A DNA stretch of 64,000 nucleotides, from assembly GCA_016203395.1 (NCBI GenBank), contig JACQMV010000035.1, positions 415-64,414 of the forward strand, given 5' to 3'. The position numbers were made by a program, and so were the translations under genes. Below are positions 1 through 10,302 of the stretch, piece after piece (the stretch's first letter is position 1; each line of letters starts with the position of its first letter). Under the pieces are notes generated by a model. That model had not been told where the DNA came from, did no database searches, and saw nothing but the letters and a program-made list of their open reading frames with translations. Source of the DNA: Candidatus Woesearchaeota archaeon. Its GTDB lineage: Archaea; Nanobdellota; Nanobdellia; Woesearchaeales; ARS49.

Positions 1-1
1 A

Positions 2-328
2 ATCATGCGCGTTTTTGTTAGAAATAACTGCACTTACTCTGTTACGCTTTGCGTTTTTTTTCATCAGCAAAAAAGCATCATGGCTGAAATCATTCATAAA
101 AACATCACAATCAGCAACCTCTTTTGCAATTCTTATCGCTCTAATGCCTGTGCCTGCCAAGGCATCTCCAACCTTAAGATGCCTGCCAATGCATTGCAAA
201 AGACAAATACAGACATCCCTATTGAATTTCATAACAGGATTAAAAAACACCGGCATATCCTTACACACCTTTTCTGCCACAGGAACGAATATTTCTGCAC
301 TACCCTCAACGTGTTTTATCTGTTTCAT
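2..328 (-). CDS. trm1: tRNA (guanine26-N2)-dimethyltransferase Trm1, N-terminal part (runs off window start; absent from the ORF track)
   Basis: Manual minus-strand translation from ATG 328: MKQIKHVEGSAEIFVP...PVFFNPVMKFNRD...VGDALAGTGIRAIRIAKE...VFMND; Trm1 motifs VFFNP-M--NRD and DAL-GTGIR; lies directly downstream of XPD. Confidence 0.88.
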   Translation of the reverse strand, partial: MKQIKHVEGSAEIFVPVAEKVCKDMPVFFNPVMKFNRDVCICLLQCIGRHLKVGDALAGTGIRAIRIAKEVADCDVFMNDFSHDAFLLMKKNAKRNRVSAVISNKNAHD

Positions 329-339
329 ACCTGCTTAAT

Positions 340-2106
340 TCACTGCTTATTAAAAAACTCTCTTATTTCATCAGCATAATCAGAGCTAATTAACAAATCC
401 CATTCTTTTGGAAGACAGGCACGATAGGAGGGCCAAGCAAACCGCTCATCAAGCAAAACAACAACTGCCTTGTCTTTTTCAGAACGAATACAACGCCCTG
501 CATTCTGCAATACTCTAATAATAGCAGGCAGAGTATAACCATAATCCCAGCCATGAGCAAACTTTTGCTGATAAAGCGCAATAAGCTCGTTTGTTTCAAG
601 ATCTGGCTTTGACAAAGGAAGCCCAACAACAATAACCCCTTTCAAAACACCGGGCATATCAATACCTTCTCCAAAACTCCCTGAGGATAGCCCCAGCAAA
701 ACCCCATTTTTGGAAGAGGACAAGCAATCAAGCATTTCCTTTTTCTCATCAGGAGTCATTCCCTGCTTTTCAATAAAAAGTCCGTCCAAACTTAAATGCT
801 GAAGCACATTATTCCTAATATCATAACTTGGAAAAAATATTGCACAAGGACCGGGGATTAAAGAAACCAAATCACTACAATACTCTGCAATCAGCTTATA
901 CTGTGCCAAAGACCTTTGAGAATACTTTGTCGTAGTTTTAGGAACAATAATAACCTTCTGATTCCCTCTTGGAAAAGGAGAAGAAAATTCTGCTGTTAGT
1001 GTGTTCTTCGGAAGCCCTAGAACATCACAAAACATGGCAGTAGGCAACAAGGTCCCACTCATAACAATAGAAGAATAACACGAATCAAAAACCTGCTTAG
1101 CAATGCTACCCGGATCAAGACAAACCAAACGCAAATAACTACCAAAAGAATCAATACCTGCTATCCTTGTAAAGCCAGCATCACGCAAACTCCACTCCTC
1201 AAGAAAATCAACAACTCCTGAAACCCAACTATGCGATTGTTCATCTTTAACAAGCGCAGCGCAAGGTGCTAATTTAGAAATCGCTTCATTCACATCAAAA
1301 CCGAGAGATTTCCCAATAAGACACTCTTCTTTTTTTGCAACACTATTAAGCGCATCCTGAATACGCACCAACACACTAATAACATTATCCAAGTCATGCT
1401 TTTTTGCCTCTTTAACTGCATTTCTTAGCATTCTGGTACTCAGTCTTGAACTATAAACATCACGCAGACGAGAACCAAGATTATGCGCTTCATCAACAAT
1501 AATAACTGAATTTTCAAGCTTTTTCTTGCACCTGGCAAGAAATGCTGCGCGAATACTATCATGAAAAAGATAAAGATAATCTGTAACAATAAGCGTTGCA
1601 TTAACTGAAGCAGCAATACTAACCTCATAAGGACACAACTGCGCATTTTTTGCATCAGCAATAACCTCAGAAGCATGCTTTGAGTCAGCATCCTGCTTCA
1701 GCAATTCCAGCTTAATACTGCCTTTTAGAAAATTCTCATAATAATGACACTCCTTATTTTCACGCAAATGCTTACAATAGTCAATAAAAGAAACCTCAGG
1801 AGCACCATCCTGAGCACACATGTGCCTTTTTCCAATAACACTCGTGCACACAAAGGAAACCTTGTTAAAATTCTTTATCTCTCTTGCAGTGTCAAGGACA
1901 ATCCTGTGCTGAGTGTGCCTGTCAGTCAAGAAAAATATTGTCAAATTCTTTTCCAAAGCAATCTTCAAAGCAGGAGAAAGAACAGCAGCAGTTTTTCCAA
2001 GACCAGTAGGCGCGTGAGCCAAAAAATGCTTTTTTTCAGCCAAACACTTTTCAACTGCCTCAAGCAATTCTTTTTGCGAAGACCTTATGTGCTCGTAAGG
2101 AAACAT
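340..2106 (-). CDS. xpd: XPD/Rad3/DinG-family Fe-S DNA helicase
   Basis: Q-motif RSSQ, Walker A APTGLGKT, Fe-S cysteines (HMC, YC, EC, LCPY), DEAH, MSGT, QNAGRCIR; start moved to ATG 2106 (TTTTAA box about 25 bp upstream). Confidence 0.9.
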   Translation of the reverse strand: MFPYEHIRSSQKELLEAVEKCLAEKKHFLAHAPTGLGKTAAVLSPALKIALEKNLTIFFLTDRHTQHRIVLDTAREIKNFNKVSFVCTSVIGKRHMCAQDGAPEVSFIDYCKHLRENKECHYYENFLKGSIKLELLKQDADSKHASEVIADAKNAQLCPYEVSIAASVNATLIVTDYLYLFHDSIRAAFLARCKKKLENSVIIVDEAHNLGSRLRDVYSSRLSTRMLRNAVKEAKKHDLDNVISVLVRIQDALNSVAKKEECLIGKSLGFDVNEAISKLAPCAALVKDEQSHSWVSGVVDFLEEWSLRDAGFTRIAGIDSFGSYLRLVCLDPGSIAKQVFDSCYSSIVMSGTLLPTAMFCDVLGLPKNTLTAEFSSPFPRGNQKVIIVPKTTTKYSQRSLAQYKLIAEYCSDLVSLIPGPCAIFFPSYDIRNNVLQHLSLDGLFIEKQGMTPDEKKEMLDCLSSSKNGVLLGLSSGSFGEGIDMPGVLKGVIVVGLPLSKPDLETNELIALYQQKFAHGWDYGYTLPAIIRVLQNAGRCIRSEKDKAVVVLLDERFAWPSYRACLPKEWDLLISSDYADEIREFFNKQ

Positions 2107-2152
2107 GCTGAAGACACAAGAAAGCAATGATTAAAAGCTTTACCTGCAAAGC

Positions 2153-2160
2153 TTTAAATA
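2153..2160 (+). promoter_or_regulatory. Archaeal TATA box (TTTAAATA) of a probably leaderless transcript
   Basis: TTTAAATA 22-29 bp upstream of ATG 2182; similar spacing precedes starts at 3393, 4753, 9361, 11841, 43473, 45273, 47518 and 49655. Confidence 0.6.
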
Positions 2161-2181
2161 CTCGCAAGCCAAAAAGTAAGT

Positions 2182-2442
2182 ATGCATAAAAAAACACACA
2201 TGCATAATCATTATATTGCTGCATTCGTGTTTGTTTTCTTCGTTGGAATGGGAGTAATGCTTCTTGGAGCACAACAAACCGGCTTTGCAGTCAAAGATAT
2301 AACTGAAATAGTCAAACCAATGCCAATCGGAACATGTCCTGAAAAAGAAGAATACGTGTGCGGAGAAGACGGAATGACATACAGAAACCCCTGTCAAGCA
2401 TACGTGTCAGGAATGTACGAGTTTAGTGAAGGTGCGTGCTAA
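2182..2442 (+). CDS. Small secreted/membrane-anchored Kazal-type domain protein
   Basis: N-terminal hydrophobic helix, then CPEKEEYVCGEDGMTYRNPC...EGAC (Kazal VCGxDGxTYxNxC signature). Confidence 0.8.
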   Translation: MHKKTHMHNHYIAAFVFVFFVGMGVMLLGAQQTGFAVKDITEIVKPMPIGTCPEKEEYVCGEDGMTYRNPCQAYVSGMYEFSEGAC

Positions 2443-2489
2443 ACACCTACGCTTTGACAAAACCATTTTTTACAAACAATATTCTTGTT

Positions 2490-2804
2490 CTATACTAAAA
2501 AAACAGGAAGTAAGTTCTTTCGTACAAGAACTGCTTTACTATCCTCACTCAAAAGATTACCACATCTATCAAAAGCAACATTATGAATAACTACCTCAAA
2601 GCCCTGCTGTTCATACTTTCTTCTGTATTCATCAGAACTATCTGCGCGAATATTAGTCGCCCAAGAATATCCTGCTTCAATCAGGTCCATATAAACCGGT
2701 TCCTGATTCATGCGTGTAGTAAGAGCTTCTTCTACACCTTTTAGGTTTTGAAGAGTACGTATTTGTTCTTGAGAATGGGGATTAAGGAAATACGTGCTAG
2801 ACAT
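2490..2804 (-). CDS. Hypothetical protein
   Basis: 104-aa ORF immediately downstream of, and co-oriented with, the wHTH gene. Confidence 0.55.
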   Translation of the reverse strand: MSSTYFLNPHSQEQIRTLQNLKGVEEALTTRMNQEPVYMDLIEAGYSWATNIRADSSDEYRRKYEQQGFEVVIHNVAFDRCGNLLSEDSKAVLVRKNLLPVFLV

Positions 2805-2805
2805 A

Positions 2806-3075
2806 TCACAACATTCCTCTTATTGAGTCAATATGAGAAGCAACTTCACTGCCTTTTTTAGTCAAATTAAGCAGCTTCAATCTGCCTTGCTTATCAAAAA
2901 CAACAAGACCTTCTTTCTGCATCTGCTGAAGAATCTTGACAACATGAGAATAAGTGCAGTCAACCTGCTTAGCAAGATTGGAAGCATAAATTTCCCCTTT
3001 AGCGTTCTTCAGCTCAACCAGCATCATTGCCGGCTTTTCCCTGAAAAGCACATTGAAAATCTCCTTATTCTTCAT
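2806..3075 (-). CDS. Winged-helix (MarR-like) transcriptional regulator
   Basis: YASNLAKQVDCTYSHVVKILQQM HTH and GR-K---LT-KG wing; start uncertain (3075 or 3090). Confidence 0.8.
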   Translation of the reverse strand: MKNKEIFNVLFREKPAMMLVELKNAKGEIYASNLAKQVDCTYSHVVKILQQMQKEGLVVFDKQGRLKLLNLTKKGSEVASHIDSIRGML

Positions 3076-3175
3076 TCTCAAAACCCCCATATGTATATTC
3101 AAAAAGTTATAATGTAGCTCAATATTTAAACCTATCTATTCTCAGCACTAATAGTAATCAACCTGTTTCGTAGGT

Positions 3176-3320
3176 CTTTTCCCACGGCTCTTGCTAAAAA
3201 TATTTTGATTATGTTAGCCAGTATTTGCCTTATAACCAAGCCATTACAATGAAATTGTTGTCAAAGCACGTGAGCCGCAGGGCAATACCGATACACACAA
3301 TTAGCATATTTTTAGCAGGG
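3176..3320. repeat. Fragment of the dispersed intergenic repeat family, bounded by an 11-bp inverted repeat
   Basis: TGCTAAAAATA (3192-3202) and TATTTTTAGCA (3307-3317); TTCCCACGGCTCTTGC is also present near 44571. Confidence 0.55.
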
Positions 3321-3392
3321 ACAAATACCCCATTTTTTAGTCACGCAGAGTTCTGATAACATTTATAAACATGACCTTACTGATGAGTAATT

Positions 3393-4154
3393 GTGAAGCG
3401 TATTGCCTTGTTAGGTTTGTTTGTTTTTCTTTTAATTATTGTTGGGTGTGCAAGACAACCGCCTGAGCAAGTTCCTTTTAATAATTCAACAATTGCTCCT
3501 ACAACAGTTATTAATGTTTCCGAGGTTGTGCAAAAAAATCCGTGCGAAGGCATATCCTGTAATAAGAACGAAATTTGCAAAGAAGGCAAATGTTTTTGCG
3601 CTCCTGATTTCAGACAATGCGGCAATGAATGCATACCTGTTGCTCAATGTTGTGACAACAGCAATTGTAAACCGCAAGAATCCTGCGTTAACGGCAATTG
3701 CGAAAAAACAGACTTTTGCCCGTTCATGATGGAATACAATCCTGAGAAAAAAACCTGCAGTTGTGTTCAAGCCACAAGGTTTTGCTTTGACCAGCAAAGA
3801 TGCATCTCCACTGAAAACTGTTGTGATGTTGCAGATTGTAACCCTTTGGGTGGCGATGAACGAGGTTGCATTTCAACAAAATACAGAGCAGATATTTGCG
3901 TAAAATTCAATGGAGGCAGCCACTGCAAAAAAGCAGTTATGGGCGAACGCACTTCTTTCTCCTTCGGCACTGATTATTATGACATCTTTGTTGATAATTT
4001 ATACGAGAATGGCGTTGCCAATATCCGAGCAGAAAAAGCGGGCTTTCTGAGCAATTTTAGTTACGTTAAAAAAAGCGGAGTAGTTAGTATTGGAAACCTG
4101 AGCATAGAAAACAGGAATGCAGATATGATTGGAGGCAACTGCAAATCCTCATAA
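3393..4154 (+). CDS. Cysteine-rich lipoprotein (surface protein)
   Basis: GTG start, signal peptide with lipobox IIVGC, repeated Cx4Cx5Cx4C and CC modules. Confidence 0.75.
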   Translation: MKRIALLGLFVFLLIIVGCARQPPEQVPFNNSTIAPTTVINVSEVVQKNPCEGISCNKNEICKEGKCFCAPDFRQCGNECIPVAQCCDNSNCKPQESCVNGNCEKTDFCPFMMEYNPEKKTCSCVQATRFCFDQQRCISTENCCDVADCNPLGGDERGCISTKYRADICVKFNGGSHCKKAVMGERTSFSFGTDYYDIFVDNLYENGVANIRAEKAGFLSNFSYVKKSGVVSIGNLSIENRNADMIGGNCKSS

Positions 4155-4185
4155 GGTTTTTAAAGGGTGCGTCTTAATTAGTATT

Positions 4186-4614
4186 ATGGCAAGAATTTAT
4201 TCAAGAAGAAAAGGGAAACACGGCAGTAAAAGGCCAGTTTCTCAGTCAAAAAACACGTGGCAGCGCTATACCTCTAAAGAGATAGAAATGATTATTGCAA
4301 AACTCGCTAAAGAAGACAAAAAATCAGCAGAAATAGGAACTATTCTTCGTGACACTTATGGCGTCCCTGATGCTCAGCAATTACTGAATAAGAGAATAGG
4401 TGTTGTTTTGAAAGAAAAGGGCATTGTTTCTGCACTACCTGAGGATATGAATGCACTGATTAAGAAATCTGTTCTGATTGAAAAACACCTGCTAACTGGA
4501 AAACAGGATGAATCTGCCAGACGCGGACTGATAATCACAAAAAGCAAACTTCTCCGTCTGGCTAAATACTACAAAAGAATAGGAAGACTTCCTGAAACAT
4601 GGAAGCTCGGATAA
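4186..4614 (+). CDS. rps15: 30S ribosomal protein uS15 (archaeal S15/S13e type)
   Basis: MARIYSRRKGKHGSKRP, IGTILRDTYGVP, RGLIITKSKLLRLAKYYK. Confidence 0.95.
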   Translation: MARIYSRRKGKHGSKRPVSQSKNTWQRYTSKEIEMIIAKLAKEDKKSAEIGTILRDTYGVPDAQQLLNKRIGVVLKEKGIVSALPEDMNALIKKSVLIEKHLLTGKQDESARRGLIITKSKLLRLAKYYKRIGRLPETWKLG

Positions 4615-4752
4615 ACTCGTATTTTTGCAGCTACCAAAACCTGCTCTCAACTGCTATTATTTCTACAAATCATAAAAACGGCATGTTTTTTACGTTTTTG
4701 AGGCAGAATAATGCCAAAAGCTTAAATAATCCGCGCGACTAATCAGGTAATT

Positions 4753-5760
4753 ATGAAATACGTGCAACAAACACCTGCGCCAAAAAAGGTTGAGCTAGAC
4801 AAGACTGACAGAAAAATACTGATACACCTTGCAAGCAATGTGCGTCTTCCTGCTGCTTCAATAGGGAGGAGAATAGGACTGTCAAAAGACACAGTGTCCT
4901 ACAGAATAGCAAACCTGAAGAAAAAAGGCGTTCTACAGGGCTCACGTACAATAGTTGATATCGCTAAATTCGGATATTTCTCAACGCACCTGCTTCTGCA
5001 ACTCAACCAGCCACTGCCTGATGCAGAAAAGAAGCTCATCAAAACATTCCAGAACTATGATTTTGTAAGAGCAATTATAAAATTCAATGGAAAATACGAC
5101 TTTGAGCTCGCAGTAGTCCACAAGACACTCCTAGAACTTGATTCAATAATACAGATAATAATGAGAACATCATCACCATACTTGCAGTCAATGGAAACAT
5201 TATTTATTACCAAACCAATCACAGGAAGAATATTCCCGAAAAACTTCCTGCCAGAAAAAGACATTGTTCTGCAAAAACAAAAACAAACAGAGCTTGAAGC
5301 AGACAACATAGACATGAAGATACTTAAAACAATAGCAAACCATGGAGACATTCCACTGCACGAGCTCGGCATGAAAGTCGGCCTGAGTGCTGACGGCGCG
5401 AAATACCGCTTAAAGAAGCTACAGCAGGCGGGAATAATAAAAGGATTCGTTCCTGTAATAAATTACGACGTAATCGGCTACAATGTCTACGCAATACTTC
5501 TATCAATAAAAGAGTTTGACAGCAAAAGAGAAGCAACGCTTCAGGAATTCCTGAACAGCAACAATGACATCCTCTGGGGAGTAAAAGCAATAGGAAAATA
5601 CAACGTTCTGCTTTACATCTGCACAACAAATCCTGATGACCTTGTCAAAACAACAACTGCGCTAAGAAGCCATTTTGCAGGGCTCATAAGCGAATACGAA
5701 ACACTAATCAATTATGAAGAATACAAATACACCTACTACTTAGATGCTATTGAAAATTAA
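4753..5760 (+). CDS. Tandem-duplicated Lrp/AsnC-family transcriptional regulator
   Basis: Two HTH+RAM units (LDKTDRKIL...GLSKDTVSYRIANL; DNIDMKIL...GLSADGAKYRLKKL). Confidence 0.9.
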   Translation: MKYVQQTPAPKKVELDKTDRKILIHLASNVRLPAASIGRRIGLSKDTVSYRIANLKKKGVLQGSRTIVDIAKFGYFSTHLLLQLNQPLPDAEKKLIKTFQNYDFVRAIIKFNGKYDFELAVVHKTLLELDSIIQIIMRTSSPYLQSMETLFITKPITGRIFPKNFLPEKDIVLQKQKQTELEADNIDMKILKTIANHGDIPLHELGMKVGLSADGAKYRLKKLQQAGIIKGFVPVINYDVIGYNVYAILLSIKEFDSKREATLQEFLNSNNDILWGVKAIGKYNVLLYICTTNPDDLVKTTTALRSHFAGLISEYETLINYEEYKYTYYLDAIEN

Positions 5761-7745
5761 TTTCCTCTGATTCTTAGATAATCAAGCTTGCTTCCCTGCC
5801 TTGCCACAACAACACCCACAGAGTCAAACTGAGTGTATGTTTTTTCAGACGGCGGCAAAAACTCCGCAACCTCTGCAGAATCTATAAACAGCTTGTAGCT
5901 GCCATCACCATACCTTGCCAATCCATACGTGTGCCAGTTCTCTAAAACACCAGAGCCAACATGATACCTGTATTGCCTAACATCTTTTCCTTCATCATCA
6001 TAGACATACCAGTCAATATTATAATTTGAGCTCTCGCCATACAGCCGGAATTCATAATGCGCTTTGTTGCCAGCATACAACAGTATAGAAACTGCATTAG
6101 GCCAATCACTCGCACTTACTACACTTGTTTCAATAACCAACCGTTCAGTAGAATTAATCTCCACCTTTTTGAAAACTGTTGCCCATGGCTCAAGCTCAGG
6201 GCTATAACCCTTTCCAATGCCTGAAATAACGCCATTGTCAAGAGCAGGCAACCGATAAGACTGTCCATCAGGACCTTGTATTGACCAGCCATCTAAAGTA
6301 TCAAACCCATCATAAAATACGTTCTTTCTCTTCTGCCCAAAATCAAACGTGCCACTCCTACGTTCTGTCTTGCCATCCCATGAGCCAGATAATTCAACAT
6401 TGTGTTCCCCTGACAAATCACAATCCTCAGCACAAACAATGCCGAAATTCTCATTTGCGCAGGCATTAAACATGCTGCCAATACCTGTTCCTGTATGAGA
6501 TTTTTTAACACCATCAATGAACAATTCCAGCTGTACATCACCTACTGGCACATCATTATTAGTATCAAAACACACAAGATAACCCCTAAAACCAGCAGGA
6601 CCGCCTTCAAAAAATCCCTTCACTCCCTCAAGAGCAAGATTCAGTTTAGTGCCTTTACCATTAATACTACTGAAATCAATCTCTTTCTCTGACTTTATGT
6701 TAGGTGCTACTGCAAGCCCAACAGAAATCTTTTCATTGCCATGCAATTTAGACAATTCACAATCTTTACAATCCAATTCTAAACTTATATCTTCACAAGC
6801 TTCGCGCTTGAGACCCCAAACGCGCTCAATGAACGTCCCATTAGCATAAACGTTAAACAAGTCACGACCTGCTTTTGCAGGATCTGCACTTAAACAAACA
6901 TAATACTTGCCAGTAGCTTCATTCTTTTTAAGTGCAGTAATTGATAGAGACACAGGCGCAATCTCTGTAATTTCCTCAATTTTACCAAAATCAACTAATA
7001 GACCATCATCAATCCTCTTGTCCTCACTAAGCTCAAGCCAGATATGCCATCTGCCATCATATCCCTTAAGAGGACATGCGTTATTACAATAAACAGAAGC
7101 ATCATACTGTGGGCAGTATACGTCTTTCATTCCGAGAGGATTTCCTGCCGGCTTTGCAAAGTTGTTATCCACATAAACATTAAACGACTTGTCCTCTGCA
7201 TTGATTGAAGTGTTAAAACAAAACCGGAATAAGGAATCATCACTACCAACAATCTTTTGCTTCATTACTTTATCCAACCTGAAAAACAATTTAGGAGATT
7301 CTGGAAGTGTTGGCACAGGTTCTGGCTGCGTTATGTTCTCTTTAACTGGAGTATCATTCACAACCACTGGCTTTTCAACAGATGGAGGAAGAACAGGGAG
7401 TTCAACAACAGGTTGCTGTGAGCTTTCAATACGCAAACACACGACTTCTTCAGATGCTTTATCAATAAGCATGACGACTTTTGCACTACCCTCTGCCACG
7501 TGAACAAACCAGTATTCTTTAAAAGGAAGAGAACGACTGCATAATTCATCTACAAAACCGGCTTTTTCTTTAAGTGCCTGCTCATCCCACAATGATGCCT
7601 GAACTGAAGCACCCGGATGCTCTTTCAAAAACTCTTTCACAGGAGCAAAACTCCGAATAAATTCCTCAGGGCTTGCAGAACACCCGATTAAAAACAAAAG
7701 CGCTAAAGCAGAAACACTTAACTTAAACCAAGAGCAAACCCTCAT
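5757..7745 (-). CDS. Large extracellular lipoprotein, beta-rich, possible C-terminal lectin-like domain
   Basis: Lipobox LFLIGC, Pro/Val-rich linker, repeated Cys-containing beta modules, C-terminal FYDGFDTLDGW...WHTY...LFID. Confidence 0.7.
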   Translation of the reverse strand: MRVCSWFKLSVSALALLFLIGCSASPEEFIRSFAPVKEFLKEHPGASVQASLWDEQALKEKAGFVDELCSRSLPFKEYWFVHVAEGSAKVVMLIDKASEEVVCLRIESSQQPVVELPVLPPSVEKPVVVNDTPVKENITQPEPVPTLPESPKLFFRLDKVMKQKIVGSDDSLFRFCFNTSINAEDKSFNVYVDNNFAKPAGNPLGMKDVYCPQYDASVYCNNACPLKGYDGRWHIWLELSEDKRIDDGLLVDFGKIEEITEIAPVSLSITALKKNEATGKYYVCLSADPAKAGRDLFNVYANGTFIERVWGLKREACEDISLELDCKDCELSKLHGNEKISVGLAVAPNIKSEKEIDFSSINGKGTKLNLALEGVKGFFEGGPAGFRGYLVCFDTNNDVPVGDVQLELFIDGVKKSHTGTGIGSMFNACANENFGIVCAEDCDLSGEHNVELSGSWDGKTERRSGTFDFGQKRKNVFYDGFDTLDGWSIQGPDGQSYRLPALDNGVISGIGKGYSPELEPWATVFKKVEINSTERLVIETSVVSASDWPNAVSILLYAGNKAHYEFRLYGESSNYNIDWYVYDDEGKDVRQYRYHVGSGVLENWHTYGLARYGDGSYKLFIDSAEVAEFLPPSEKTYTQFDSVGVVVARQGSKLDYLRIRGN

Positions 7746-7822
7746 TTATTCTTACGGAAGAAGCCACAATATATACGTGCTTAACATTAAATAAATATCA
7801 ATATATATGCGTCCAAAAAACC

Positions 7823-7985
7823 CTGCTAAAAAACATAATGGGCTGCATTATTTGTCCAGCAGCTCAAGTGCTTTGACTATGAACTTTAACGCAAGCCAGT
7901 GTGTTGCTTGCCATGAACAATGCATTTTGTTTGCATACTGTTGCACAACAGTTGTGCCATTGTTGCAACAGATTGCAAGCACAGG
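7823..7985 (+). repeat. Dispersed intergenic repeat, degenerate partial copy
   Basis: CTGCTAAAAAA at 7823; GTGCTTTGACTATGAACTTTAACGCAA (7868-7894) matches the family core; TTGCA-rich hairpin segment follows. Confidence 0.7.
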
Positions 7986-7987
7986 AT

Positions 7988-8914
7988 TTACACTGCAACA
8001 ACCATCCTGGAAAGAATTTCTTCTTTCATGCCCTGTTTTGCGAACTTTACAGGAATATCCTTGCAAAGCACCTCACTCATGTATCCCTGACAAAGCTGTT
8101 CAAGACCATCTAACTTAATATCATGGCTTTCCGGATCATGGTGCGTAATATACAAACTGCCAACATTTGCCTCTGCAGCAATATCACACACTCTCAAAAT
8201 ATTAGAATGACCCCAACCCTTCTTCGTCATATACTCCTCAGGATCATACTGGCCATCCATAACAAGAGCATCAACACCATTGATTATACCAATAAGCGTC
8301 CTGTCCTTTGGCCCAAAACTTCCAAGACACTCACCATCATGCTCATAATCGCCAGTATAAGCAACCCGGGTTCCATCATTCTGAATAAGATAGCCGAACA
8401 TGCCTTCAGGATGGCAGCTGTGAAAAAACGGCTGAACTGAGGTAAAACCATTTATTATTGGTTCCTCATTAAGATCGGTGAAAGTAATATTCGCACCCAT
8501 CTTATCCAATGCAACAGGAAAAAAGTCACGCCCCTGCTGATAAAGAAAGCCGCTTTTAGTGTAATTAACTTCATTACACTTGTTAGTGCATGGTTCCGTC
8601 TTATCCCACGTCCTTCCAAGAGCAATTCTCCTATGACCGCCATACACCCGCAACACATTACCGGGCTTATAGCACGGCTTGAAAAAAGGAAAACCATTAA
8701 TGTGATCCCAGTGAGTGTGCGAAATAAAAACATCTGCATCTGTCTTTCCCCTGATAAGCTCACTGCCAAGGACTCTCGCTCCAGAACCCATATCAAAAAT
8801 ATACAACCCATCAGAAGTTTCTACTGTAAGACAGGAAGTATCCCCTCCATACTGCACAGTGCCTTCCCCCGGTGTTGGTATGCTCCCTCTTGTTCCATAA
8901 AATGTTATTTTCAT
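7988..8914 (-). CDS. MBL-fold metallo-hydrolase (bacterial-type phosphodiesterase-like)
   Basis: KITFYGTRGSIPTPG...YGGDTSC, SHTHWDH, YTGD, WGHS, THHDP; GGAGG upstream of ATG 8914. Confidence 0.88.
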   Translation of the reverse strand: MKITFYGTRGSIPTPGEGTVQYGGDTSCLTVETSDGLYIFDMGSGARVLGSELIRGKTDADVFISHTHWDHINGFPFFKPCYKPGNVLRVYGGHRRIALGRTWDKTEPCTNKCNEVNYTKSGFLYQQGRDFFPVALDKMGANITFTDLNEEPIINGFTSVQPFFHSCHPEGMFGYLIQNDGTRVAYTGDYEHDGECLGSFGPKDRTLIGIINGVDALVMDGQYDPEEYMTKKGWGHSNILRVCDIAAEANVGSLYITHHDPESHDIKLDGLEQLCQGYMSEVLCKDIPVKFAKQGMKEEILSRMVVAV

Positions 8915-9030
8915 TTTCATCGCCTCCATACAATACCTTAGTTCATGAAGAATAAGATACCTACCATCAGAAATTGCCTCAAACAAGAAAATAAACAAGC
9001 AATAATTATGAAACAGCACCCTATCACCCC

Positions 9031-9320
9031 TGCTAACTCTTATCTTAAATGAGGTCATAACCTATCAGCAGCTATTGTGCTCTGATTATGAACTTTAACG
9101 CAATTAACTCTTTTTAATTGACATGAGCAATACCATTTGTTGCAACCTGTTGCAAACACATTACAAGCAAAAGGTAAGGGCTAAGTATGGCAACAAAACA
9201 AGAAGCGTTCAAATCACGAGCCAAGCCACAAGGGCTGCTAGGAAATAACCATATCTTCTTTGGTAAGTATTGGCAGGTCTGGGAAAAGAATTACGCGCTC
9301 TTTGATAAGTATTAGCAGCC
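9031..9320 (+). repeat. Dispersed intergenic repeat, long copy
   Basis: Core TGTGCTCTGATTATGAACTTTAACGCAATT...GAGCAATACCATTTGTTGCAA...GGTAAGGGCTAAGTATGGCAACAAAAC...AAGCCACAAGGGCTGC, plus two tandem ~40-bp end modules. Confidence 0.88.
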
Positions 9321-9360
9321 GGGGATTAAGTATATATAATAGAACCACGAAATTCAAGCC

Positions 9361-10302
9361 ATGTTTGACATTATTTCAATAGGCAGCGCAACAACGGATT
9401 GCTTTGTAAAAGCGAAACCAGAAGGATTCATCAAAAGACAAAACCATATTGATGTATGTTATGCAGTAGGGCAAAAGGTGCTTATTGAAAGCATGGAACA
9501 CCAAACAGGCGGAGGAGGCACAAACACAGCAGTGGCTTTTGCACGACTAGGGCTTAAAACTGGTTATGCAGGAATAGTAGGAAATGATGCTCATAGTAAG
9601 GAAATACTTGAAGAACTAAAACACGAAGGAATAACCTTTCTTGGCAAACAAAAAAACGGACAGACTGGCTACAGCATAATACTAACAGGGCTGAAGAACG
9701 ACAGAACAATACTAGCATACAAAGGAATAAATGACAGCATGAAACCAGCAGACTTACAAATAAAAGACGCAAAATGGTATTACATATCATCATTCATAGG
9801 AGACAGCTTTGTTTCAGCACAAAAAATCCTACGCAAAATAAAAAAACCATGGACATTCAACCCATCAATGTATCTTGCAAAAAAAGGAATAAACAACCTA
9901 AAAGAATTCGTGCAAGGATGCGGGCTATTAATAATGAACAAGGAAGAAGCAATGGCAGCATTAGGAAAAACTGAAAGCATGAAACAAATGGCACAAGAAC
10001 TCGGAAAAAAAACGTGCAGAACAATAATCACCGACGGAAAAAACGGAGCTTTGGGCTATGACGGAAAATTCTACAAAGTATTTCCAAGAAGAATAAACGT
10101 GATTGAAACAACAGGAGCAGGAGACGCATTCGCAGCAGGATGCACAGCAGCAATCCTAATGGGGATGAAATTTTCCCAAGCACTGAAACTAGGACAAGCA
10201 GAAGCAGAAAGCGTGCTGTGCGCAATAGGAGCAAAAAATAATCTTTTAAGAAAAAACAGAGCAATAGAAGAAATGAAAAACATAACTGTGAGGGAATTAT
10301 AA
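9361..10302 (+). CDS. PfkB/ribokinase-family carbohydrate kinase
   Basis: IGSATTD, GGGGTNTAVAFARLG, ETTGAGDAF. Confidence 0.92.
   Translation: MFDIISIGSATTDCFVKAKPEGFIKRQNHIDVCYAVGQKVLIESMEHQTGGGGTNTAVAFARLGLKTGYAGIVGNDAHSKEILEELKHEGITFLGKQKNGQTGYSIILTGLKNDRTILAYKGINDSMKPADLQIKDAKWYYISSFIGDSFVSAQKILRKIKKPWTFNPSMYLAKKGINNLKEFVQGCGLLIMNKEEAMAALGKTESMKQMAQELGKKTCRTIITDGKNGALGYDGKFYKVFPRRINVIETTGAGDAFAAGCTAAILMGMKFSQALKLGQAEAESVLCAIGAKNNLLRKNRAIEEMKNITVREL

Noticed and set aside
5-379. Plus-strand ORFs 5..379 and 15..338
   Set aside because: Antisense shadows of the minus-strand trm1 fragment, which has clear family motifs
7807-8118. ORFs 7807..8118, 7848..8066 and 7901..8113
   Set aside because: They overlap a repeat fragment and the 3' end of the MBL gene; no motifs
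9031-9320. Repeat family as a CRISPR array or tRNA/rRNA
   Set aside because: No regularly spaced identical direct repeats with unique spacers, no cas genes, no cloverleaf or T-loop motif; copies are dispersed and diverged
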